A stretch of 64,000 bases of DNA from Saccostrea cucullata (lineage: Eukaryota), in the NCBI RefSeq assembly GCF_032062105.1, contig NW_026917960.1, positions 1 through 64,000 on the forward strand, in the 5' to 3' direction. Under the pieces are notes generated by a model. It had not been told where the DNA came from. It worked only from the letters and a program-made list of their open reading frames with translations, and did not search any database. Positions 24,901 to 36,400 of the stretch are shown piece after piece (the first letter of the stretch is position 1; every line of letters starts with the position of its first letter). The position numbers and the translations under genes are program-made.

Positions 24901-27900
24901 GGACCTGACCCTGGCCGTGGAGAGGGAGAGGTCCTCGGAGAGGAGCAGGACTCAGTTGGACCTCGACTGGCAGAGGAGACTCGAGGAGAAGGAGTCCCAT
25001 CAGTACGAGAAGTCCGAGGACCTCATCAAGAAACTCACCAAGAGCAGGGATGAAGTAAGTGCATGTAAACACATATAGTCTGAGGACCTCATCAAGATTC
25101 TTATCATTAGGAGGGATAAAGTAAGTACAAATAGATATAAAGTGAATGTTTTATTAGAAGTCTGAGGACCTTAGAAGGAAGCTCACTAAGAGCAGGGATG
25201 AGGTAAGTCAATGTAGATACATAAGGATGTTTTATAAGAGATTTACCAGCCTGGTTCTATCGAAAATTGTCTCTTTACAGCTATATTGAGGCATTAAATA
25301 TGATTTCAGTGATAGAATTTCAGAATTTTTTCTTTTTTATTACACAGGCTTTAGCCACAGTAAAAGAGCGGGACAGAGATATTCTCCAGAGAGAAGCTCT
25401 GATCAGAGCACTGCACAGAGAACGGGAACAGGCACTGGGTACACTGAAGAAACACGGCATTCCAGTCAATAAAAACATCAATGTAAATCTTAGTTCATAA
25501 ATCACATATATTAGAAATGTATAATTGTAAAACAATGCACTAATATTCAGCTTTGAATCAAATCTGCCCACAATTGTATGTTTAAAATGATTCAATGTCT
25601 TTACTGAGAGGAGAACAATCTTGGCTTATTTTGTGAATTAAAAATTTTATTTCAGTATTTTTTAAATGCTGTTGTAGGTGGATATAAACAAAGTGTGGAA
25701 GTTTGCAGATCCAGAGGAGATAGAGTCTCTAAAGGATCAAAATGAGAATCTCAAATCTGTCATCAAGGAGATGAGAACCCAGATGGAGATTTTAGGACAG
25801 GAGTTACCTTCTCCTGAAAAAAACCCTGATCCATCTTCAACAGCTGGAGGTATAACCATGATGAGGCAATTTTTTTGATTTACATGCATATTCTTTTATC
25901 GGTAATGCATTTAATTTCATTTCATTTTTGGATTTCTTGACAGAATATGTTCAGAGCCTAGAAAATGAAGCCAGAGCTCTTCGGAAGCGAAACCGAGAAC
26001 TTGAGCATGATTTGGATACGTACAGGAAGTATGGCAGAGTGCCACCTGTGGCTCCATCTACCTCAGAACAGACACAGGAAGTACTAGCAGAGGTCAAGGA
26101 CAATTCAGCAGTTCTCTCTCACATACAGTCCCTGAATGATCAGATTGGTAAGCAATCAATTTTTATTGCATTAAGGTCGTCTTAAAATAATGTGACCTTG
26201 CCCTCTCCTGACTCCAAATAAAAGTATTGGGTTGGTAGGTTGATGGGAAAACCTTTTTTTCCAGAAAATTTCAGCATATTTGTTGACGGGATAAGAGGGA
26301 TAAAAAGAAAAAAATATTGTGTCATGGAATGTTAAAAAAAATTTTGTAGTCGGGCCTTTTTTAATCAGTCAGGAGAGGGCAACCATACAGTTTTTTAAAG
26401 ACAGCCTAAATTCATTTTATTTCATGAATAGAAATGCATGTATCCACACTTTTTCTCTTGATATGGATATACATGTACAGCTAGCTTTAAAAGTAATAAT
26501 GTTGTTCAAAGTTCTGATATGGATATATTTTAGGTGCCATGAGATCTGAAAAAATTGAAATGACAGCTCAGTTGAAGAAACAACAGGCTAGAATGCAATA
26601 CTTAGAAGGCATGGTAGAAAAACTCAACAAAGAGGTTTGTTCTTTTACTCTTAGCTTATCCTGGTAATTTTATTTGATAGAAAGGCATTTTTTTTTTACA
26701 AATTATCTCATGATATTCTAATCCTCATTTTTTTATTGAAATGATACAGCCAAGACAGAAGCAGGTTGAAATTGACCAGTTGAAATACGAGTTGAATGCT
26801 CAGAGGAGGCGGGACCAATCAGAAATAGGAGCTCTTAACCAGCGAGTAGCAGAACTGGAAATTCAACTGGTGGAGGCTCGGAAAGAGGCAGATGAATACT
26901 ACAGAGCAACTCTGGAAAGAAACATGGAGGTCACATCACTCCAGCAACAGGTTGAAAAAATCTAATCTTTCTTACATCGGAAGAATTTGGATTTAATTAA
27001 ATTACTTTTTTCACAAACTTCAACTCTTTGAATTTCAAACTTTAATTTCTGCTGAATACTTGAATTGTCAGTATTTACTTTATTTCATTTTGTTTTGCAG
27101 ATATCAAATTTAAAATTAGAGCTTGCAGAAAAAAGACCAGAGTTAAACTTTGGTGCACAGGTAATCTGCTATGAAATACTTGAAACAAGAACAAGAAAAG
27201 ATACACATATAAGGAAATTAAAAATTATGAGATTTTTTAAGGTTTTATATTATACTTAGTGCAATTGTGTTTGCAGGAATTGGTCATTCAGCAGCTACAA
27301 GATGAAATACTGAATTTAAGAAAAGGAGTTATTCAGGCCTCCACAACAGAAAGTGCAACAACAGGCAACAGTGCAGTAGTACAGGAATTAAAGAATAAGC
27401 TGAAGTTAGCAGCCAAGCACATAGCTCAGCTTGCTAAGGAGAGGCAGCAGCTTATAGAGATGGGGAACAAGCTACGAGCTGAGCTTAACAAAGAGGGTAT
27501 GTAGAAATGTGTAAAAGTGGTTATTTACACTGGGGGATAAGTATGCATTTTTGACTATTGTAAACCAACTTTTATTCGCGTGCAAGAAATTTTCACGAGG
27601 TATGCGAGAGCCTCGTAATCGATAATATTTCTCACCACAAACTGGTCCTTAAAGTTTCTATGTCTTTTAACAACATACCCAGAAAGGCTTGATCACGAAA
27701 ATTAATTGTTGTGAACTAGTTTACCCCCAGTAAATCAAGAAATAAAGTTGTCACGAATAAAAGTTGGTTTACAGTATTTTATCTGATTTAAAATCAACCA
27801 ATTTGAGGAGTACACTCTACATGTTTTATGTTAGGGATTAAACCACCAGCCGCACTACAAGACAGACCTGAGCCTGTGTTCCCCATCCAGAAAGTGAACA

Positions 27901-29574
27901 ATAATGAAATGTCACAACAGCTCTCTCAACAGTTCCTCAGTAAACTCTCACAACTGGAGAAACTGCAGTATCAACTCACAAAACAGGTACAAAAATAAAT
28001 TGACAATAAAGTTTTAGAGTCTTAGCAGCAGATGAAGATTTGGTATAACTAGGTTATTTAGAACTTGCTTAAAAGAAATCTCAGATATTGGTAAACTTTG
28101 CACTAGATTCCTTATGTAGATATAAAGAATCTTGCTTTAATAGAAGAGGCAAATCCAAAGTCTTTGTGACTTCCTTACAACTGAGTTTTACTGTGTATAC
28201 ATCCCAAGTTTTCAATCCTTTAGAAATATCAGATCTTTACAGGAATTGGAAAGGCTATATGAAGTTAAAAGATTGCAAAAAATTATTAGGTTATTTTTTT
28301 TATATATAATAATACTGATATGCGTTGATAAGGAATTGTCCAGAAACAAAAGTTTGATTGCAGAAAATTCACTGCTTTTAAAAGAATTGCCTTGTTTTTC
28401 TTACAGCAACTTCAGTTTGCACAGAAGTTCCCTGAGCCACAGAATAGAAACAGCAATAACTCTGAGTCTGACCAGGAATACAGACCTCCCTCTATACTGA
28501 AGAGGGCCTCTAATATTGGTATGTCTTTATAACTAGATTTTAAACATTTTTGTCGATGAAAGATGAGATTAAAGGGGGACAACTCTCCTTCCACATTAAT
28601 TAATGCACTGTATATTAAAATCTAGCCTTCTGAAAAAAGTCTGGCCATTTACATTTTCAAAATTCAATTATTCTATGTTTCCTTGTAAACTATTATTACA
28701 ATAATTTGAAACTTATGCGTTCTGATTTTTGCTTTCATTGAAAGGGGGGCAAACATGAGGAAGGAAAAACATGTTGCAAGGCCTTCAACTTGCAACACAT
28801 ACATTTTACATGTTTGAAAAGGTATAGAAATACACATACATGCATACTATATAAAAATTTTTATTATTTTTAGGAACTAACAGAGATCAGCCTGTTCAGT
28901 ATGTCCGAGAAAGTCAGGACACTCTAAATGACAGTTATAGGCCTGTTAGCCCTGTACGATTCAGTAGAGAGGGACCACTCATCAGAAGTTATGATGATAG
29001 GGAGCAGTCATTGAACTCAAATCTGGAGGACAGGGACCAGTTATTAGTTACAATGTCCTCCGCTGGCGGGGAATCATTGGAGGAGGTATGGAGGATGCTA
29101 GACCGCCCCACCCCTAGCCCATTCACCACTCCAAGATATCCCGAAAAATCAGGTTAGTTGAATTACCATTGGTACATCAATTAAGTCAGGAATTCCTGGT
29201 TTTATATTCTGCATAGGTGGGTATGTTCTTAGTATCATATGCTCAGACTTTCATCCTGGTAAAATGAATATACTGAAAATGCTTCGGATTCCTGTGGTAC
29301 ATTGTCAAATTTGCATTCATGAAACATGTTTTTTTTTCATGCATGTTTTTACCAGATTATAACCAGACTAATAATTATTTCAGAGAAATCAAGGAAATAT
29401 TCCTCTGAAGAATCATCCAATGAAATCACAGTTAAAGGGAAACAACCCACAATACACCAGAGAACGAAACCTGAACCCAAACCCTCCTCCGTAAAATCCC
29501 CCAAAACCTCCAGAAAAGGCCCCCAGAAGTCCAAACCCAGAAACTACAACATCAGAGATAGTGGAAGTAGTTAG
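18954..29574 (+). CDS. CCDC57: Coiled-coil domain-containing protein 57 (centrosomal/midbody protein), about 21 coding exons
   Basis: Spliced peptides match hallmark CCDC57 segments: KEDFKYNLKVLEERDQELERYD (19261-19415), KREHEFRLQKDEMS (20849-20937), HAELDKLAREKE (23858-), QDIERYKKDLTLAVERERS..LDLDWQRR (24234-25054), LEKLQYQLTKQ (27835-27986) and C-terminal RNYNIRD (29384-29574). Start MDTQGNWKELAAQKEREW at 18954. Confidence 0.9.
21382..23276. mobile_element. TACTGTAAA-type MITE (Tc1/mariner-like) interrupted by a nested element, in a CCDC57 intron
   Basis: Left end tattgtaaatgtgg, right end ccacgtttacagta (inverted). Confidence 0.55.
21706..22971. mobile_element. Non-autonomous hAT-like element with CATACCTGTCAAC TIRs
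   Basis: 13-bp perfect TIR catacctgtcaac / gttgacaggtatg; 9-bp TSD acgccatgt (21697-21705) / atgccatgt (22972-22980), differing by one CpG transition. Confidence 0.8.
25010..25210 (+). repeat. Three diverged tandem copies of a CCDC57 exon 3' end plus GTAAGT donor
   Basis: agtcYgaggacct...agggatRaRgtaagt at about 25011, 25077 and 25159. Confidence 0.8.
26175..26406. mobile_element. PIF/Harbinger-like MITE
   Basis: TIRs ggtcgtcttaaaata..ttgccctctcctgact / agtcaggagagggcaa..tttttaaagacagcc; TAA on both sides. Confidence 0.6.
27556..27776. mobile_element. TA-flanked MITE (Tc1/mariner-type)
   Basis: TIRs tattgtaaaccaacttttattcgcg / cacgaataaaagttggtttacagta. Confidence 0.75.
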
Positions 29575-29816
29575 CAAACTGAACATTTACACTTTTGTTT
29601 ATTGTTATACATGTACTTATAATTTATTTTATGATAAACATATTCTTACTTTTATGAGTTACTGGACCTTTTTAGTACAGTGTAATGTAATGTTTCTTTG
29701 ACAAAGTCTGGGTTGTAGTATAGAAAACAAAGATCTGCTACTATTGTTACTTGTTACATGCACCACTATACTAAAATTCTACATGTAAAATCCTTAGCAT
29801 TAACAAAACTCAGCAT

Positions 29817-29951
29817 TAAAAAATCAGTTTCTAAAGAGAATTTACTATATTTATTAGTTTTCCAAAAAAAAAAAATTAACCAAAAAAAATCAGTTTCTAA
29901 AGAGAATTTACTATATTTATTAGTTTTCAAAAAAAAAAAAAAAAATTAACC
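29817..29951. repeat. Two-copy ~66-bp tandem duplication in the CCDC57 3' region
   Basis: aaaaatcagtttctaaagagaatttactatatttattagttttc(a)n ttaacc occurs twice. Confidence 0.85.
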
Positions 29952-30451
29952 ATTGAATTTATGTATGCTGAGTGCATATGAAAAGCTGTTGTAGCCAAGT
30001 TTGGGAAACTCTTCGAAAATGATTTTGAATGTTGCCAATAAAAGCAGATTTGGATTTTGTTAACAGCTTTGAGCAGATAAAGCAACAAAAGGATGAGTGG
30101 TTAGGCTCCTGGAGCTATTGGTCATAATTTTCCTTTTCTTATTCTATTTTTTTCTACTTCATTCATTGACATGACCTTACACTAATGCCTCTATAAAATG
30201 TTACCAGTAAATCAATATCAAGATAAAATATATACATATATAAAAATTTATTCAGTTTAAAAACAATGGACATGTATTTATGTTTTAATTTTACTCACAC
30301 ACCTTAGCTGATAAACTCTCTCTCTCTCTCTCTCTCTCTTGCTCTTTTTAACAATGTTCTTTTTTAACAAAATTTTGAACAGTAATGAAAATGTCATGGA
30401 AATGATGGTGTTCCATGGGGGTATCCATAAGGCAGAAGATGATTATTGACA

Positions 30452-33400
30452 CTACTTTTTCTTGAAATGTCGCTGGATCTCTAACCTTTTAGTTTTCATC
30501 TTCTCTCTGTAGGTGGCAATCAGTATGTCCATAATTTTATTCTAAAGAGAAAAAGAAAAAATAATTGATTTCTGTCCCTTTGTTTTTTTTTTTCTTTGAA
30601 ATATTGAATATTTTCCTCCTGGAAAAGAGTTAAATACTGGACCGGGGGCCATAAAACTTAGACGAGCTCACCTTTGATCTTAGTCTCACTTTCCCACTAT
30701 ATATTCTTTTGGTAAAAGTCAGACTGAGATCAAAAGTGAGCTCGTCTAAGTTTTATGGCCCCAGGCCTGGCTCCGGGGCCATAAAACCTAGCCAGCTAAC
30801 TTTTGAGCTCAATCTAAAAATCTCGGTTTCCGGGCTTAACTTAGACTGTCTCACTTTTAGTGTGCCATAAAGGGAGACTGAGCTCATTTTAAATTTTCTA
30901 ACTTGAGACAGAAAGTGAGACCAAAACTGAACAGGATATCAAAGGCATTGTGGGATATTGTTTACATGTGACAGTGCCACGCCCACTAGGTATTGCGCAA
31001 TCATTTTGAAAAATTAAAGTACTGTCAAAATTTTCTTTGTTTTGTTGTTTTCTTTTCATAAAAATTTGATTGTTACGTCATATTGACCATTCTGACGTAA
31101 TTTACGTTACCCCTCAGCGTCCGCCAGCGTCCGTTTTGACAAAAACGTAAACATGGCAGAGGAGGACATTGCTTATTTGATTACAAAAAACAATGAGAGT
31201 AATAATGAGCCCTTTTGGAGTAAATTGGAAAAAGAGATATTGATTGAGGAAGCTTCGAAGCGGAGCGATGTTTTAGACGGAAAATTCAAAGGGGCACAGT
31301 CCGGAAAGGCGGAGAAAAACAGAGTCTGGGAAGAAATAACCGCTGCGGTGAACGCGTAAGTTCATAAGTGATTTTCACATTTATAACAGATAGACCTACA
31401 TAAAAAGAAGGGGAAAAAGCAAGAAAGAAATGCATGAACATAATTTTATTCCCAAAGGCAGTTGATTATCGTAATAATATATTGTACTGTCCATGAAAAT
31501 AATAAGCTCGTTCATTTAAAAAAAGAAATTGCGAATAAGAACTTTTTTTCTGTTTTGCATCTTTCTTTCCTTATTTTTTAAGTTTTGCATATCATATTTC
31601 TATTTTTTAGAATTTCCTCTAAAAGAATCTTATTAAATATGTATTTAAAAGTACATGTGGATTATGGAGATTAAACAACTTAATTGTGAAATCATGTGCT
31701 ATAAATTTACGCTGAATAGTGAATAAAGCAAATCGCCAAAAACAAAACAGAAGAAACAAAGTGCTTTTGCAAATACTCATGTCGCATGAAATTTCTGAAG
31801 CAAATTTAACTACATAGGTCTCTTTCATAAATTCGCTAGGCTTAGACTAGCGATAAATCTCGAGCAACCTTCAAAATGACACAGCTATCGGTTTTTCCCA
31901 AATCCAAAAATAGTTGTTTTGTTTATAGATTACGTCACACGTATCCAAGTCGGTGTCTTGTTTATTCGCTTCCCTTACATTTTGGTACAAATGACTTTTA
32001 ATTCCTAGACTAACAGGATCGTCTTACAAACGAAATTTTGATTAAGACCCAAATGTTATACATGTACCGGTAAATAACAGTCCTAGACTATATATTATTA
32101 TAAAATGGTTTAATTTATTTTTTTAATTTAACAAGGTGTTTTTGTACAAGCCATTTGAAACAGAAACACAAATTTTGCAAGATTTTGATCCAAATTTTAA
32201 GAATTACTACTTCAATTAAAAAGGAAAATAATGACAGAGAAATTTATTATGAATTATCATGATTATAAATAAAGAAAAATACTTGTGTTAGGTATTTCTA
32301 TTTTAAATTAAAAAAAAAAATCCTTAATTTCATTCTGTTTATCCAATTTTCATATTTATTTTTACTCAGAATTTCCACAAAGATTTTTAAGCAGAAAGTA
32401 TGCATATTTAAATATATATATATATACATATATCAATTATTTATTGAAAATTAATCTTTCTAGCAAGGGAGTCTTTAAAAAGAGGACAGTGAAACAGACC
32501 AAGAAACAATGGTCAAATTTGAAGCAGAGAGGTAATTAAGATAAAAAAAAAATATTTAAAGATATTTAACGCAGGTTTAAGATTTATTCCTAGTACTACT
32601 TCATTCATTCAAGAATGCTTGTTGGTATTCGTGGAAATTGTTTTTGAAATCAATTTGTTTAATATCCTATTACACATGTATATGTTCATATAATTAATTA
32701 TAATTAATAATTAACATACATCTCTATACATGTCATACATCTATTCATAAAATTCAATTTTGATAACACAATCTTTAAAATATTTTTATCAATTTATGAT
32801 ATAATTTTGAACAGCAAAGAAAATAAACAGTACCAGCAAGTACCCTGCAACAGGAGGAGGACCGAAGCCCCCCTCACCCTCCCCTATGGACGAAGCTGTC
32901 CTGTCCATCCTCTCAGGGAGACCCTCATTAGAGGGTATAGAGGGTGGATTCGACACATCAGCCACTGACACAGGTATAAAAAATATTTCAAGAGGCATTT
33001 AGTATCTCTAAAAATTTAATGTAAAATAAGCTCTAAAATAGTCAGTTAATGTCTGAATGAATGTAATTTATTAACATGAATGAAATAAACATTTTGTTTC
33101 ATTTAAGTGGAGCAGCCAGTTCTTGAGAAAGAACCAGGACCAGTTCTGCAGATGGAACCAGGGCCATCAAAGTCTGTCTCTTCAACACCAGTGACTGCAG
33201 TGGCTGCAACAGGGATGGGGAAAAGGAGAAGAACAACAGACACCCTCCATCTTGAAGTCCTTGAGGCCGAAAAAGACAAACTAAAATTAGAGATGGAGTT
33301 CATTAAGTTAAAAATGCAGAAAGTTTCCTCAGAAATAGAGTTAATAGAATTAAAGAAGAACACTCTCAAATCATGTAATTTCTCCTTACCCTCCTTATCG

Positions 33401-36400
33401 CAGTTTTCTGAATTTTAGTCTCAAGATTTCTACAGACAGATTAACAAATAAAGATATGACCAATCCAAAGAAGAGAGGAGGGTTATACTGTTTTACATTT
33501 GTGTGTCTGTATGTGTCTTAAGCTATACATGTATATTAGTCTGTATGTAATTTTTTTTGTCCCAGTATTCTTAGCAACTTCTTTAGTGCATGATGTTTGA
33601 AATGTTAGCCAAACTTTGTCAGGAGTCAAGCCATATGGTGAAATTCATTTTTATTTCAATCCAGTTTAATTTCTGGTTCATCCCTGTGTCTGTCTGCAAC
33701 CAAACTTGTGTTTATTCATATCAGAGTGTACATAGTGACAAAGACATCTTCTTATAATTACAATATCATTATCCCCACTGCAAATGAATTAGGGTATTGG
33801 GGTGCGGGAGGGGGAGGAGTACTTAGAATCACCATGTCTGTCTGTCCAAGCGATTTTCTAATGAACCTTACATGACTTGTTTGACTTACATAGCCTTACC
33901 TTAAGAAAGACTTTTTCATGCATAATTATCAAATTTTACAAAATGCACATTTTAAACAAACAAATTCAAAGAATTGTGGTCCCCCGCTTTTGGTATCTTT
34001 GTTGGCGAGATGTCATTTTTTATAACATATTGTGTCAAATATGAATGACCAATCATATATCTTTAAGAAATAGTATCACTGAAGTTGATTTTTTTTAAAA
34101 ATAAGGCCATTCATTAAGGTCAAGGGGTCAGAAACCATAGCATGCTCTGAAATATCTTGTCACAGGTAATGCATATCTCTCCTCAGTAAAAAAAACTATA
34201 GGGAACAAGATGAGTTTGTGAAACACTGATGCCTCTGTATTGCAACATAGCAAAGATTAAACTTTTCTTTAATGGAAATTGATTATATTGGTACACAAAG
34301 TAGGTTTTTCTCAGAAGAAATACAATTGTGAAATATAAAAGCCCTAGCTAGTACCATCTGTTCAAAACTTATGGCCAAGGTTTCAAGTTCTTTCATATTT
34401 TTGGTAAAGGAATCTCCAAGGTCAAGGTCAAAGTTGTTGGTATCCTATATAATGTCTTGCCACAAAGAATACATAATTTATATGAAATATGAAAGTTATA
34501 TTGTACACTGTATCGGACCGTTCAAAAGTTATGGCAATAAGTAAAAGTTTGTAATTTTTGTGTAAAAGTTGTGGGTCAAACTCCAAGGTCAAAGTCAAAT
34601 TTGGAGGTACCAAAGGAAAGTCTTGCTACAAGGAATACTCATGTAAAATATGAAAGTCACAGATCCACTAAATCAAAAGTAATGGGAAATGTTAAAGGTC
34701 ATCCCCTGGTTTCAACTCCAAATCTAGCTTTTTATATGTTATTATTTGTGGGTATACATATCCATCCATAGTATTTAAGAGGAAATTCTTATCAATATTC
34801 ATACTTAAACTGTGATTGTACATGTATATGCAGTGTAAATGTGAATGTTTTACTGCAACCAAACTTTGATGCCTGTATCAGTGTATATTACAATGTAAAT
34901 GTATATCTTTTGCCATAAAGTTGGCTATTTCTGTATAAATAGATGTCTGTACTATTTATGATCCAGAAAAAATATAAACACCTTGAAACTGAATCAGATG
35001 CTTCTGTTTTGTATTTATTTAGATCTCAGTCCTATTGATCGTCTCCAGTAAAAGAGTCTACATACGTTCAGCTCTTTTCTCCAAAAAGGGAGGAGTTCAT
35101 ACATTTTGGTTGTGGTTCTCATATTAATCATCAAACAATACAGTGACACATGACAATAGTCAAACTTTAAGTGAAATTTTGCTGTTTTTTGGAATTCATA
35201 TTCACTGCAAGTAGTACATTATTATCAGGATTAATCAAATAGTAACAAATCATGGTTACCTAAAAATAATTCTGGGCAATGTGATCTCGCACTGTCTTGC
35301 CATCTCCACCCATGGCACCAGGATCCACCCAATCCTCTTCCTCTTCTATCAAAGGGGTCTGAATGATGTCCCCCCGTATAATTCCAATGTTGTGCAAGAC
35401 ACAACAGGCAACAACTGCCACACATGCCCTCTCTGGTGTTAATCGCAGTTCAGTGTGTAAGCATGAAAATCGACGTTTTAAAATGCCGAATGTCTGTTCA
35501 ATCAGAACACGAGTTCTGCAATGTGCATTGTTGTATCGCTGCATGAAATCTGCTGCAGGGTTTAGGTATGGGGTCATCAGATAGGTCTTCAAGGCATATC
35601 CTGAATCTCCCAAAAGAAGACCTTGAATATGTCCTCAAACAAAAACAAAAAAAGATTAGTAATAAAGTGCATGTATATCATATAATCCCTATTAACCACC
35701 CCTGCCCCTATAAGTGCCCCTTAGGTCTTTTTCAATTGTCAAGAAATAAGGGCCCCCTTGCACAGTGATTAAAACTATTTAGATTCATATCAAAAATTTA
35801 AAGAAAGTGAAAATTAAACTTGTCTATTATCCAATTTCTCGGTGGAAAATCAATAATTTAGCATAATTTGGATGAATTATTTCACATAAAGTACAGTAGT
35901 TATATATTATTTTAGTGGTTCCTTTTATTTATTTTTTTTTTCAAAAGATTTTTTGAAGTTTAAATATGACAAAAACATTAAATATTATAAATTGTCTAAG
36001 CGCCCGGGGCGGTTAATAGGGATTATACGGTAATTTTATAAATGACATATATTTTCTGAATTTCTTTATACATAATGCCTAGGAAAAGGCTAATGACCTT
36101 GACCTGACTTTGTTCCTAAAATAGAATACATGGTCAAATTGAATCTCATTGATACCATCACTTAGAGACATTGTCTTCTTGAATTTTTGAAAATTTCTGT
36201 GAATTTCTAAAGCTCCCACCCATTTCAGTATATGGATTAATTTACTTATCTGACTAGCAATGTTTGAATATACTTTTTTCATAAGAAATAGATAAAAACT
36301 GCACAAGAATACTCAGAATTCCCAGTTTTATAATATTTTGTGTTTATTTTGTTCAGTGTGTTCAAGGTTTGAAAATTTTCTCAGCAACAACAGCATGCAG

